This document shows positions 35,829 through 50,139 of a DNA stretch of 64,000 nucleotides, one piece after another. Numbering within the stretch: the stretch's first letter is position 1; each line of letters starts with the position of its first letter. A model generated the notes under the pieces. It was not told the DNA's origin. It ran no database searches and worked only from the letters and a program-made list of their open reading frames with translations. The stretch is taken from positions 35,404,001 through 35,468,000 of the forward strand of contig OZ249440.1 in the NCBI GenBank assembly GCA_965235115.1, given 5' to 3'. This DNA is from Laetmonice hystrix (taxonomy: Eukaryota). The position numbers and the translations under genes were made by a program.

Positions 35829-37020
35829 CCTTAAGAGATGTTCTAAGTCCTAAAGAGATATACCCTCTTAACCCAGTAGACCCACCCTCTGATTTCAAAA
35901 TTTATACCCTGCACCCTGCTAGAAGGCTGTTCTGTACAGCAGTTAGAAAATTGAACTTCACATATCAGCAAAACTGCAGAACTGGCACGTCAAAATTAGA
36001 ATTCCACAATTTAGATAGTATGAACATTGGAACCCCAAATTCGTCAAATACTTAGGGCCGTGACTTACTATTTGCCCATCTGCTATTTCCTGAAGCCCAC
36101 ATGTCCACCTGTCTCATTTAACTCTAACGCTGTTTGAATATTTCAGAAGCTCACAATATCACAAGTCGGTGGACCTGACAAGTCCTTGACGGAACTTTGA
36201 AGGTCTATGTTACAAACATCTCGCCACTGGGATGGCTGAGTTATACATCCAAAAACACAACTGGTGTTAAAGTCCAACAGACATCAAAATGTACATGAAA
36301 TTTAGTGCCAGATCCTGATGATACATGTAATTTGTTGTTGTTTAACTTAAAGGAGCAGTTATTGTACAAGAATATGAACTATGTGTAAGCCGTTTTAAAG
36401 ACCAATTCCCCTAGTGACGTCATCAGGGGCAATGGTAAAGAATAGGCGGGAGTGAGACTGTAATGAGGCGCGAGATTCGAATTTTCAATATTTTTCTAAA
36501 TTGAAAGGACTTCTCAGAAAACCTATCAGGGACACGGCTACAACTCAAAGTGATCTATCTAGATCAGTAAAGTTACCTATGTGATGTCAGTTGCACTTTA
36601 AGTTGTCATGCATGCTGGCAGACCTGACTGGGTACATACGGTGTACTGTGTACAATGACAAGTTCAAGGACCTGTTGATGGAAGGTTGGTATACTTTTTT
36701 TTTTAAATCTTGTATTTTCCAGATGCCCAATATTTCTTAGGCTCATCTTTTCCCCTCTACTTTTTTTTTTCCAACCAAGTGTCCACTTGCATAAAACAGT
36801 GTTCTCCACAGGATGAAAATTCACACCGGTGGTGAGCCGGGGGTCGAGGATTTTTGAAACCTATAAAAAAACTATATTGAGGAAGAGGGGCACTGGGAGG
36901 CCTGCAAGGACCTTTTCCCCTTTCCACATTTAAATTCATCAGAGAATCCTTTCCCAAAGAAGCAAAAACTTTTACAATTTTCACATTTTAAAATTTGCAC
37001 CCTACTGTGTTCCTTTTTAA

Positions 37021-38411
37021 TGAGTGAGTAGTGGTGGTTTTGCGCCGTGTCGGCATCTGGGGCCATCTTCACGGAAAAAACAGAGTTATAAGACCATAAA
37101 ACCAAAGGAACCTATTTTATCCCGGGTCCCAACGGGAACACCACCAAAACACATCTATAAAGGAGTCAGAAGTCCAGCCTCTGACAAGAACTCTAAAATC
37201 ACTCCTGGTCTGATATTGCTAAAAAGATCCTTAAGACTCGTCTCATTATAAAACCTTTGTCTGATGAGAGTAAAATCACCACATTCGAGTAAAAGATGCT
37301 TCAGTGTCAAAGGACATTGACAGCCATAACATTCAGGAGGCGGCTCCCCCTTCAATAAAAACACGTGGGTTAATCTGGAATGACCAATTCTGCATCGAGT
37401 AAAAACAATTTCATGCCTACGTTGGCTTAGGCCGTGACGGTTCACGATGGGACTGATCTGATACAATTTATTGTTTGGATGTTCATCCCGTTCGGCCTGC
37501 CATTTGTTTTTAACATAAGCCCAGATGGTAGGTCTAAGATCAGAGGCTGGGATTGGACACAGTTCGACGTCTGTTTCAAGAGCCTTCTTGGCAGTTCTGT
37601 CAGCTTGCTCATTGCCCGGGATGCCAACATGACCAGGCACCCAGCAAAAGTGAATATCAAAGTTTGCATTGGCAAGCACTGCCAACTTGGACAAGATTCG
37701 CACGACCACTGGGTGATCTGTTTTCAAGTTAGCAAGTGCTTGCAGACAGGATAAGGAATCCGAAAAAATGAGAAAGTCCTTTTTGCCAGAAACTTCAATA
37801 TTTTGAAGGGCAAGAAGCAGGGCCCGGGCCTCTGCTGAGAAGATGGAACTTTGCCCTGAGATGCGGGTACCGAAGTTGTGCTTGCCATAAACTGCCGCCG
37901 CAGACACATCACTGCCATCCTTTGAGCCATCAGTATAGAAGGCATAATGAGACGGATACCTTGCCTGGACGTCAAGGAAATGGTCAAAATATGTCAGGGG
38001 ATGAGTCTCCGACTTCTTCAGTTGAGTCAACTGAAGGATGACATCAGGCTTTTCTAGGTCCCAAGGAGGGATATTGCAAAAGTGTGTCTGCCCCAGGACG
38101 TTCAGATCAACATCCAGTTCCTCTAGATGAGGTTTCACCCTCAGTCCAAAAGGACGTATGTACGTTTCCTTTCTTTCATATAAATGTTGGAACTGAGGGT
38201 GAAAAACGCAATTGTAAGCTGGATTTGAACTGTTTGTCCTGAGCTTGACTGCATACTGCAGAGCCAGCTTCAGACGCCTGTTGTAAAGCGAGGGCTCTCT
38301 GGCCTCCACATAGAGGCTCTGAACAGGAGACGTTCTAAAAGCCCCAAGTGAAAGCCGCAAACCCTGGTGGTGAACCGTGTCCAAAAGCCGTATGTAAGAC
38401 TTACAAGCAGA
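37021..38411 (-). mobile_element. 5'-truncated I-group copy (type A), RNase H region open
   Basis: ORF 37155..38384 near-identical to copy 1; tail at 37021; no TSD. Confidence 0.95.
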
Positions 38412-38429
38412 TTGATGGGACTTGTGATG

Positions 38430-39780
38430 ATTCTCAGGCCGGGCATTATAGTTGATAATGATTTCGCTTCTGGAGCTTGCTCGGACGAATCAGGGAACCC
38501 AGATGTAAGTGAGGAATTAGAAGATTATGTTAAATCTTTGACGGAGGAACTTTTAGCTGATGAAGCCACCTCTGTGTCAGTCTCCGATTCGCTGGCAGCT
38601 TTGGCAAAGGCGGCACATAAAGAGGCAGTGTCCCCCCAGAAGTCCGACATTCCATAAGTCCGACATATCACAAGTCCGACATCCCACAAGTCCGACAACT
38701 CATAAGTCCGACAACTCATAAGTCCGACATCCCATAAGTCCGACAGACCACAAGTGTGAAAGGTATTTGTAGGCCTATTCTATCATCAAACACATATACC
38801 CAAAGAACAGGAGAACATTTACCTCTTCATCTTACTGGGTTGCAATCCCATTTTTTGGGACGCTTATGATTTTAAAGTGTTCTATGTGTGGGTTTTCCCT
38901 GATCGAAATTGATATGGCAACCGAAAGAGCAAAGAATGCATTTCATGATTTTTTTTTATTCTTCTTCTCAATATGATACATTATCATCGCTAGCACTTGT
39001 AAAATAATTACAGAATGAAAAAAAAATCATAGACGAATAACTAAAGCCGAACTCTGATACATTATCATCGGTAGCACGTGTCAAATAATTACAAAATGAA
39101 AAAGAAAATCATAGACGAATAACTAAAGCCGAACTCTGATACATTATCATCGGTAGCACGTTAGGGTTAGGGTTAGCTGATATTGATATTGATAGCTGCA
39201 ACCTTGAGTTATTGCACGAAATATCATTTCATAATGGCCGCCGTGGCGGAGCGGGCCCAAAATACCATCCTCTTCCTCTCTTGAAATACCAACCCATTCA
39301 CCATTGTGCTGTTTGCTAATGGTAAGAACTTTAATTTCAAAATCACCCAAGATAACCCCTTATTGTCGGACTTATGGGATGTCGGACTTATAGTACTTCG
39401 GACTTATGGTACCTTTTTCTGAATGTCAGACTTATGGGATGTCGGACTTATAGTGTTTCGGATTTATGATAGTGTTTCGGATTTATGATACCTTTTTCTG
39501 AATGTCGGACTTCTGGGACGTCGGACTTATGGGATGTCGGAATTGTGGTAAATTTATAAAATGATTTTCCAATTGTCGGACTTGTGAGATGTCGCACTTG
39601 TGATGTGTCGGACTTATGGGATGTCGGACTTATGGGGGGGAATCAAGGAGGCCTGCCGACCAGAGCTCCTGAAACTTAGGCGAGGAAAACACCCGCGTCC
39701 TTCAAATATTGAATCATTAAATACCCAGAAACTTAACTCCGCACTGTGGGACAAGGTAGGACTGGAGAAGAGGTAAGGAT
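38430..39780 (+). pseudogene. DIRS-like gag fragment split by a MITE
   Basis: ..SVSDSLAALAKAAHKEA resumes after 39645 as KEACRPE..KHPRPSNIESLNTQKLNSALWDK. Confidence 0.5.
38628..39644. mobile_element. MITE with subterminal (AAGTCCGACA) arrays
   Basis: Inverted arrays at 38632-38750 and 39364-39640; imperfect flanking repeat AAAGAGGC/AAGGAGGC; internal ~90-bp duplication. Confidence 0.75.
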
Positions 39781-40908
39781 CCCAGTACATAGCCTCCCCA
39801 TTAATTCTGTATTATGAGCTAGCTTCTCATTATCATAGGCCCCTCCATATGAACCATATGGGGGGCCTCCCTGATAGTTTTAAGACCAGCTTTAGTGGCG
39901 AATACTGCTACCACACTGTTCTCAAACGTGGAAAGGCCTGGGCCAACTTCAAACCTGGCCCTCTCGCCATGTTATCTACGGTCAAGGAAGGAAAAAAACA
40001 GATGTGGAGAATCTACTTGCAGAAATTGGGGCTCCAGAGGAAATAAACGAGTTCTATGCAAGGGCACTCATCGATGCTGATGACGGAAATGACAACAATG
40101 ACAGTGAAGTTGATTCAGATGAGGAGAGTAGGGACTATGCACTGTGAAGGAAAGTTTTGTGAACTTCGATCATTGGTTTGATAAAACTGTGACAATGGAG
40201 AGTCGTTCTGTGTTTCTTAAAACTTTTTGATTATTCTATTTCTAGTTTGTTCTGTGGCAATGGATCATTCTGTGACATAGGTTTTGATCATTTTGTGGCA
40301 ATGGATTTTGCAACAAACTGTCCCATTAGTTCTAATAACACAATGTTTTCTATTGCATTATCTGTCTTGGATAACCTGTGAGCTAGTCCTTCTTGCCTTA
40401 GATAACTGTGTGTGATCTGGTCGTGTTTTGATACTGTGGACTAGTCATTGTTGGATTAATTCTGAAACTACACCATTCGTGATATTGGATCAACCCTACA
40501 TGTAGCATGGATAACCTGAATAATTAGGCTGCAGACGTAGAGGGAGCCTCCTAGCGGCAGTAAGATGAACTACAATAATGCACTACAAAATATACACAGT
40601 AAATCGGGTCATTCGCCGAAACATCGCTAGTCCCCTGGGCATGCTGGCGCTGGCTGTCGAGAAAAAGTGGCAATACCATGGTCCTTCAAGGGAGGAAAGG
40701 ATGAATCCAGTTGCTCGTATTCATGCATAATTGTATCATATTCATGCATAATTGTATCAACAACTTGTAACAATTTGTATTCCTATGAAAACTGCATCAT
40801 TGTCTTGTAAAACATACCATAAAATTTGAGATTCCATTAACTTGTGGATATAGCTCATTTTGCGAAATAACGGTCTTGTGGATATAACTCGTTTTGCAAA
40901 ATAATTAA

Positions 40909-41294
40909 GGCCCCCCAAAAAATTCCCGGTTTCTGGTCTGCGTGCACATCACTTCAGATGCTGCGCATCAGTGCTTTTTTCTTGCCCTCTCCTCGGATGA
41001 CTGTGAATTGTGCTGCCACCTAGCGGTAAGGCTTAAAACTAACCATTGTTGTAATGGATTCATTAACCGACTGCAACGGAAGTGTGTTTGTATTCAAAGC
41101 GATGACAGCAAAGGTCATGGTCCTTACCTATGAGGTCATTTTACATGATAATTTTTATCATTTTGCATGATAATTTTTATGAGGCTTATCATCTTAGCCA
41201 GCTATCACCAAAAAAAAACTTTAAAAAAACGCATCACCACACCACTTTTGAAATTTTCTTCAGACCAGAAACCGAGAATTTTTTTGGGGGGGCC
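40909..41294. mobile_element. PIF/Harbinger-like MITE
   Basis: TIR GGCCCCCCAAAAAATT..GGTTTCTGGTCTG, TAA on both sides; a solo end of the same family at ~33165-33199. Confidence 0.75.
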
Positions 41295-41344
41295 TAATCA
41301 AAGTCATCTTTTTTCAGAAAAAATATTTTTGTAGATTTTGTTTA

Positions 41345-41655
41345 AAGTACAAACTCTTTCAGAGGGGCAGGCCAAAATAATACATTCAATAGAGGAAAGT
41401 GTCTCCATCATAAATGTAACCCGAGTGGAGCTAGCCGAAAACAGGCATGCTATCAATACGGTCATTGATGTGACAACTAGGCTAGCGGAAATCAAGACCG
41501 AGGTTGAAAGAACCTTCCTACCTTTCAGGCAATTTGTTTTAACCTATTTGCAACTTCAGCTGTACTTGGGAGAATTACGTGACTCACTAGATAGGGCAAC
41601 CACATACATAACCGACATAGAGTTGAAACTGAATCAACTCTCCTTAGGACATCAG
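41345..41655 (+). pseudogene. Envelope/fusion-protein-like coiled-coil fragment
   Basis: KVQTLSEGQAKIIHSIEESVSIINVT..ELAENRHAIN..L..LSLGH heptads; first ~197 bp duplicated at 45713-45909. Confidence 0.45.
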
Positions 41656-42639
41656 TGTTCGTCCTTAATGCCGGTCCGTCGGCCATTGGCCGACAATTCT
41701 CATCTCACGATTTTCAACCAAAACAAGGGTCAGTCGGCCCGGTGGGCCGACAGCCAGGATGGGTGCTGGCTTAGCCAGTCCCCCCCACGACCCACCATGA
41801 CCATCTTACTGCTCTCCAAGCAACTCACAGTCGCCCCCCTGTGGTTTCACAGTTATAACGCTGTGATGACAAGTGTCCAGCTACCACCAGTCACCGCTAC
41901 CGCCCGCCCACCTCTTCACCTGCTGCTGACTTGTGATGTTCCTCTGGTCAGACTCTTTCAGTCGGCCAAGGCTAATCCCCCCACCCCACCCAATAGACCG
42001 TTTTCCGTCGCGTTAGATATCATCGATTATTTAGAAGTGTTTGGTAAAGAAACGATTACAGAAATTTCCGGTTGTAGGCTGGTTTTGGAGGTAAAATTCT
42101 GTAAGGGCCATTACAGCTCATGGCAAACGGCTGACATCCGTTTCTGGCTTGGCAGCCATTACAAAAACCGTGGTCGTGGATGACGTGCTTGGTAAATATC
42201 GGATTGTTAAATGAATAGGGCTAGTCTACAGGTCTAGACTCTATGTGGTCATCAGTGGTACCCGGCCTACAATTAGGGTTTGACTATGAGAATCTAGTTG
42301 GTGGTTAGCTAGGCCTATGCCATGGTGGCGAAGCAGCCTCGGAGGAACTTGCCCCTTACTCGGCTAGACAGGAATGCTCCTTCCCAACAACATGTCCGCC
42401 CCGCGCCAAATTCTCCCGGTCAACTCAAGCGTCTATGTGCACGCCCACCCGCCCGTGTTCCCGGGATGTCCAAACCACCCAATCCCTTCATTACCTCCCC
42501 GCGGCCCGCGTCGTAGCCGACCCTATAAACACCGCCGCCACCCCAGCCCGAGGCCCGTGATCGTGGACGGTGAGCACGGCAGGACCTGACCGGGTGGACA
42601 TGGCGAGGGACGGACATTAGGCCTACTGGTACTTAAGTT

Positions 42640-45537
42640 TTTTTTTATTTTTAATGTATTTTTTATTTTCTTTTGTAGACATATTGACACAGACATCAGA
42701 CCATGATACAGACATATAGTACAATACTTATACATGTACATGGTTACTCGGTACATTGACGGGGTTCACAGACAGTAATGTAGACATGATTACAGAGTTA
42801 CAGAGACATAGACACACAGACATATAGTACAATACGTATGTACATGTACAAGGTTACACAGTACATTGACATGCAGAGTATGATGACAGAGTTACAAAGA
42901 CATAGACACACAATGTGGACACACGATTATCGATTACATTAAGGACGTAGTACAAACATAAACATACAATATGTGTTCATGACTTAGTGTTTGTGCACAT
43001 ATCTATATAACAGAGTGCAATATATATACATACATATTTACATCTGGCTGCTGCCTACATGACTTATCTATCAGAAAGATTTTAAAATATCCCCCCAGTC
43101 ACTGTTAAACTGAATGTTTTGGTTCCGTTTTATCGCAGTAAATTCTAAAGACCTTATTTTGAATTCCAAATATTTTTTACAAACCGTCCAGTTGATTTAA
43201 TTTTCTCCATCTAATAATCTTCTGTGTATATGATATTTCACCAATAAAATTATATAATTCAGCCTTTGGTCACTTTAGTTTAACATTCCGAATATACAGT
43301 CATATAACCTTAAATCTGTTTCATTGTTTGTTGCAACCTTCCACCATATTTCCAATTCTCTCCATAACTGAGCAATGACAACACATTCAAAAAATCTATG
43401 CAAAATTGTGTCACATTCTACACCACAGAGGGTGCACATATCGTGGGTGTAAATTTTCATTTTGTAAAGGAGAGCCCCATGGGGTATGATCCTATGTAAG
43501 ATTCGAAACTGAAAATTTTGCAAGTAGACCGTTCTGGTTATCTTGTATGGTAAGTAAAAGTATTCCCCCCACTTTTGAATAGGTGCCCCTAAATCTTCCT
43601 GCCATTTCACTACAGCTGTTGGGGTGTAAATTTTATGTTTTTGAAATAGTTTGTAAATAGTTTTAGATCTAAGCGTTAGTAAGTTAACCTGTTCTTTTTC
43701 AATCCATATACATATTTGTTTATCAGTTTCGAGGCTGGGTAATGTAGGGGTTTCTTTTAGCTTCTTTCTCCACTCACTGGGTATCGCATTACAAAGGGAG
43801 GTATATGCCATAAAACAGATGTCTATTTGAAAATGTTCTTCGATGATAGATTTATCAATGAAGAAGCCATTATTATCTATTAGTTGATGGATATACAGTA
43901 GTCCTTTATCGTACCAACCCCTGTTAAAAAGCGGCCTATTGTTGACTTGAATATACGGATTAAACCATAACATCTCATATTGTATCTCTTCAGTAGAACT
44001 AGGGGTGTGGAGTTTTTTAATCCTTTTCATGCTATCTATGAGGTCAATGTAAAAAGGTGGCAGTTTTGTTAATATCTCATTTGTTAACTCTCCTCTACTT
44101 TTACATAAATCCTTGAATGAAACTGTTTCTAGAAGGTTATCCAAGATTTTCCTTAATAAGCTGTTTTCTGAGAGTAGCCTTTTAATCCAACTGATTTTCA
44201 AGGCATCCAACATCCATTCTACATTGATCAAATTTATTCCCCCATTTTTAATTTCCTGGTACATGACTTCTTTTTTAATCTTTGCCGGTTTATTGCCCCA
44301 GATGAAATTGGTTATCAGGTATTGCGCCTCATGTACAAATTTTTTTTATCGATTTTGATATTTTGGGCTGCATATAGAAATTTGGATATTCCTAGGCTCT
44401 TCATCAACAAATTCTTGCCTTGAAGAGTCAGGTTTCGCCATGACCATAAATTGATAGTTGTCTTTAGTTCTTTAATTCTTTAATTCTGCGAAATTTAGGG
44501 ACGACAACTGTTCATGGTTTGTGGAGAATTTGATTCCTAGAATTTTAAATTCACTCTCAATCCATTTTGCCGGGATATTTTCGGGTCTATTATTTGTAGA
44601 GTCAACCAATTTCAATATCTCTGTTTTGTTTCTATTCACTTTTAGCCCTGAGCATTTTTGAAAACGATGTAGTAAGTCAAAAAGTGCGAGGATGCCCTCC
44701 TCTGTCCCTATAAGACATGATGTGTCGTCCGCAAACTGACTTAATTTTACTTCTACCTCTCCAATCCATATACCCGGGATAGTCATATCCTTTCTAATAT
44801 TGTTTGCCATGATTTCTGCTGCAATTACAAAGAGAAAAGGTGAAATAGGACAGCCTTGTCTCACCCCTCTGGAGACTTCAAAGAACTCTGACGCGTATCC
44901 ATTGTTAATAACGCAGCTAACTGCACCACTATATAGACACCTAACCATTTTCCTGAACGTGGCACCTAGGCCAAACGTTTCTAGGGCCCTATCTATGAAT
45001 GACCAGTCTATTTTATCGAAAGCCTTTTCAAAATCTATTGCCACAAGGAAGCCTTGTAAGTTCTTTTTAGCCGCTATTGCTAGAATGTCATCAATCAGTC
45101 TTATATTTTCACCTATATATCTCCCTTTAACAAATCCTGTCTGGTTAGGGTGAATGATATCTGGAAGAACTTTACATAATCGGGTAGCAAGACATTTTGC
45201 AAGTATTTTGTAATCGACATTAAGCAGTGATATCGGTCGCCAGTTCTCTAGTAGGGTTCTATCCTTATTTCCCTTTGGTATGATGGTTATAATGCCCCGT
45301 CTTTGGTCTATAGACAGTTTTTCAAAATTTAATGCAAATCGAAACTGATCAAAGAGTAATTCTTTGATATCATCCCAAAATCGTTTGTAAAATTCTACTG
45401 TGAATCCATCAGATCCTGGTGACTTGTGAGCTTTCATTATTTTTATAGTCTCAGTTATTTCTTCCAAAGTAAGTGGTGCATCGGCCATTATTTTCATATC
45501 TTCACTAATGGTTACTCCTTGACTTTTTGCAATAAAG
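42640..45537 (-). mobile_element. 5'-truncated L1/Tx1-clade LINE with TSD TACTGGTACTTAAG(TT)
   Basis: KSPGSDG, NWRPISLLN.DYKI, QTGFVKGR, DFEKAFD, GVRQGCP, QFADD; C-terminal CTLC..H.F.EC; A-rich tail; duplication at 42624-42639 and 45538-45553; frameshifted. Confidence 0.93.
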
Positions 45538-48500
45538 TACTGGTACTTAAGTTGATACCGACAGGTTTAGCCACTCGTACAGCTTGGACCCCAAGCCAGG
45601 CCAGCAGACGAGGAGTAGGCCTATATAGGCTACAAAATATAAGCGTCGGGGTCCTATTTATTGGACTAGATGTAGGGGCCTACGGTGTTGCTAGTGTGGT
45701 AGGCTCCAATTGAAGTACAAACTCTTTCAGAGGGGCAGGCCGAAATAATACATTCAATAGAGGAAAGTGTCTCCATCATAAATGTAACCCGACTGGAGCT
45801 AGCCGAAAACAGGCATGCTATCAATACGGTCATTAATGTGACAACTAGGCTAGCGGAAATCAAGACCGAGGTTGAAAGAACCTTACTACCTTTCAGGCAA
45901 TTTGTTTTATTTTTTTTTATATGCTATTTTTTAGGATAAAAATAAATCCCGAATCGACATGTACCGGTAAACAAGGCCAAGGGAAGCGACGCACGAAAAA
46001 AAGAGCCTCCATCCACCCTCGGGTGATGTCACTGATGAATAAGATTCGGGATTTTGAATCTGATTGGGCCAACTAGACATTTATACCCACAGTGGAAATT
46101 CGAAAATTTCGAAATACCGAAGTTCACATCCCGAACTGAATTGTTAGCATTTTGTGTTCAGAATTGGTCGTGCTTGAAAAAATATTTTATTTGAGCACTG
46201 TAGGACCTTTTTAAAATATCTGATACACGTTTGATGCATGACAGATTTTTGGTGATTGACAGCTGCATTTGTAAAAAATTCGCATCCCGAACTGAATTGT
46301 TAGTCTTGTTATTTGAGCCGCCATTGTATTTTTTGGTGTTGTTTGTTAGATGGCAGTGCCATCATGAAGTTGTGATTTTAATAAACCATCTTTTTCAGAA
46401 ATCATCCTGTGTTTGTCTCATTTGAGCTACCAAGGAAACGGCTAAAATTGCTGCAGCTGCAGTTTTTAGGAATGTTCTGCTGTTAAAATTCCTGTTGTTA
46501 AATAACAGAAATGCTGTTCCCTTGATGTAAAGTGAATGCTGTATTTTTACATTATTGCTGTTATATTTTTCTACAACAGTGCTGTTAATTTTACAAGCAG
46601 TAGCAGTAAATACACATAAGCTGTAAAAATACAGCAATGTGCTATGTTACTCTGCTGCCAGCACTTTGTTGTAAAAATACAGAGAAAATTTTTAACAGTG
46701 TAGCCTATAGACAGAATTTTACATACTGGGAGAACGCAGATTTTTTACATACGGGCAGAATTTTTACACATTGCAGGAGTTTTAGACGGGCAAATATTTT
46801 TTAGGGCCTATATATTACGATAGTTTTACACACATACAGGGAATTTTACATAGGGTATATGTCTACGGGTTGTACAGCCCTCCTCTCTGTCGGGACGGGT
46901 CCCGGGAAGGTAAAAAAAACCTGTCATCATCCATGGATGGCCTTGATTTACTGTTTCCTGCCCCATATTTATTGTTACTTGGACATGTTCCATACCAACA
47001 GTGCTTGTTACCTGGCATTAATGGTCAGTATCGAAATGTTGTCGACTATCGGGTGTCTTGATGTTGCTAATATCGCTCAGGTCAAAGTTCCCACCGTTCA
47101 ACTTCACACCACGATTAAAACTTATTTCTGCCTGTTACCAAGATTCCAACTTATTGTATCGTGTCACCCCCAGTCGAAAAAATACTGTAGGGATTACTTG
47201 GTCAGTTCGCATTGTGCCCCCTGCCTGCTTACTCAGTATTCATTCGCGCCGCATCACAAAGTCACACAAAAGTTTCCGATAATCCAGGCACTTGTAGGTG
47301 GCGCTACAGTCGTGCGCCTGGCAATGCCGCCAAGCCGGTGAATACAAAGGCTAAGTTACCACAGCACGGGTCGCACCTACACGAACTCCCGTGCCTTTTG
47401 GGCAGCTTTCGTGGCGTTCTAAAACTAATAACCGCTGAGGGTCTTTTGATTCCCCTAAGGAATACTATTCAGGATGTCCTGGGAATATCATACCAAGTTG
47501 GACCCTATTGTGAAGGAGCGATACAAACAAAAGTTAGCGGTAACTGGATGCGACTGTCCGTACACATTACCTGCCAGTCTGTGGAAGAAAGACCCCCACG
47601 AGTGGCCATACGTTGAGTATCCAGATGTTTACCACTACCTGATCTGAACACCCGGTAAGTTTTTGGTCTATATTAATGCCTTTCTGCTTTAGTAGCGACT
47701 GGTTTAACTGTTTAAGGCCATAACACACGTTAGAGTTCTACTGCTTACTTTACCATTTAGGCGTGAACACTAGATCTAACATCATTACGACATTAGACGT
47801 CATTTGATTGCTTCATGCATAGGGATATACTAGTAGGAAGAAGATATTGGTCAAGAATTTCGCTAAATTATATTGTCCCCAAGTGCACAATGGACAGTGA
47901 CGCGACAGTCGCCTGGCTCTGCCATTAGTGTACTGTAGGGGCCTAATTGCTGAAGAAACATGAGCGGGCTCCGTGCAATACAGCTGGGTGAATGGGTAGC
48001 GGTGTGTTATGTAACATCACACCTCGAGTTGTTGAATATACACCCCGCCACAGCCGGGGCACAGCATTCTCGTGTGAAAACAAGTTGAGGCTGTTGGTGG
48101 GAAAATTAAAATACTACACGGTTCATACTGAGAATCTTACCCAAATTACGTTTACAGTACGTTTAACTTTACAAACAAGTCATTGATAAATATCTGATAA
48201 ACTGTTATATACAATTACAGTATATATTATATTATATTATATTATATATTATTATATATCAATTGATAATGACTAATAATTATTTACCTCATTATGAATT
48301 GGCAATGCGTTTTTTCACCTGACATTGGAAATATTATATACTAACATAAACAGTGACCAATCCTACCACTCTGACTACTTCCCGCGATACTGCGCTTGCG
48401 CGTCGCGTGATGCCACAGTGAGTCGCTCGGGCAAGCTTGCATCGCCCAGGCTGCTGTCAGCATCCCAAGAACCCCCTCCCAACACCTGAACTACTCACGT

Positions 48501-48620
48501 GATGCCAGAGTGAGTCGCTCGGTCAAAGGGGGTTGGGGGAGGGGGTCTGGTTGGCTATGGGGGGGTATATAAGCATGCCCTACAAGAAGGGTAGGCACAA
48601 CCAGAGGAACCCAACCAGAG

Positions 48621-49846
48621 ATGGCATCAAGACAAAGAAGAACCAGACAGACACGCCCTGTGGAATACGAATGCTTGGCTTGTGGCAGAGAGGTACGGCC
48701 CAAGCAGCATGCCTTTGACTGCGACGGCTGCGGTCGTTGGCAACACCGAACATGTGGATTTGGTAAGACAAACCAGTTTATGTTTAAGATGATATGGTCG
48801 TTCTTGTTTTTAAATAGGCCTGTTAGCAGGATTAATATATGCATATATGTACATACTGTATTTGTGTACTTTTTTGCAGGAATTACTCAAGCTGAGTACA
48901 GAGCTATGAACGCAGGCCTGCTTCTGTTACCGACATGGACTTGTGACACTTGTTCCACCAACAACGCACAGGTAAATTATGTGAAATTATCTGTAATTCA
49001 CAATACAAAAATTTCCAATGTCTAGTAGCTATTCTGTGGTGCAATAAATAGTAGGCCTACTAGTTGACATCTTGTAAGCTTTTCATGGCTCTCATTACAC
49101 AGCTGAACATTTTCCTGAAGTTTCAGAGCCTGTTAGACACAGCACGTTTCAGCAGTCGCCAGGTTTACCCACGGGAACTCCAGTGACTGTGACAGTCAGT
49201 CACAAGTCCTCCCTCTTGGTAAGTGGATTTAGACTGTGGCAGTGTTTCTGAACCCGTGTGTCTTGCAGTATAGCTTTGAACCCCTTCGAATATTTAGTTT
49301 TAATTTTAGACTTTAGTATAGGTAAACCTTATTTTTATTACTTTTATGCCCATCAAGGACACGTCATTAGAAGACAGCAGCGGGTTTGAATCAGTTCAAG
49401 AACCAGTGGAGCCGTCTCTCTTCCTGGCGCAACAAGTGTGCGGCCATGGTACGGGAGGAATGTGGAGTCTTATGCTGGGAACTGTGACCACTGCGATACG
49501 GCTAGAACGGGGACTGTCGTTAAACGAAGGCTGATCCGGGACGTCAAGGAGATGGCTGCTCGACAACCCTTTTCATCGGCCTACACTATTGCAGAGGAAC
49601 TTGTGATTGTATGTGCCTACTGCTCTACATTAGATTTAATGTTGAACGTTTTCCTTGAATGTTTCTTAAAGTAATAAAATAAGCTTCGTGTTGCAGCTGC
49701 CCCCAGAGTGCCCAACCAGATGCCCGTAGAGTATCTGGAACGTAGGAAACCGCAACAGACAGAAGGGCCGACCCAAGCACCCCCAAGACCTTCCCGACTT
49801 CGAACTGGACCACAGCCACATCCCCGCGGCGTTTGAGTCGGCGAAC
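48621..49846 (+). pseudogene. Intron-containing PHD-finger + MULE transposase N-terminal region
   Basis: CLAC..CDGCGRWQHRTC, GT..AG intron ~48763-48880, GIT..Y..WTCDTC; later RPKHPQDLPDFELD..IP..F; cut by an I copy. Confidence 0.65.
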
Positions 49847-50139
49847 AGTGAGTGAGTGAGTAGTGGTGGTTTTGCGCCGTGTCGGCATCCGGGGCCATAT
49901 TCACGGCGAAATCAGAGTTATAACACCATAAAACCAAAGGAACCTATTTTATCCCGGGTCCCAACGGGAACACCACCAAAACACATCTATAAAAGAGTCA
50001 GAAGTCCAGCCTCTGACAAGAACTCTAAAATCACTCCTGGTCTGACATTGCTATAAAGATCCTTAAGACTCGTCTCATTATAAAACCTTTGTCTGATGAG
50101 AGTAAAATCACCACATTCGAGTAAAAGATGCTTCAGTGT
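49847..50139 (-). mobile_element. Short 5'-truncated I-group copy (type A)
   Basis: TLKHLLLEC..LL-stop, 3'UTR, tail; no TSD; shares variants with 55256-55701. Confidence 0.93.

Noticed and set aside
39160..39176. Telomeric TTAGGG tracts (also 1508-1537 and 54830-54915)
   Set aside because: Only 2-4 imperfect units internal to repeats or MITEs; not a telomere
41656..42183. 281-aa ORF 41338..42183 as one protein
   Set aside because: Chance read-through across a seam between the env-like fragment and unrelated repeats
46859..47700. Possible host gene in a coding-like stretch
   Set aside because: All frames are interrupted or lack recognisable motifs; cannot be assigned
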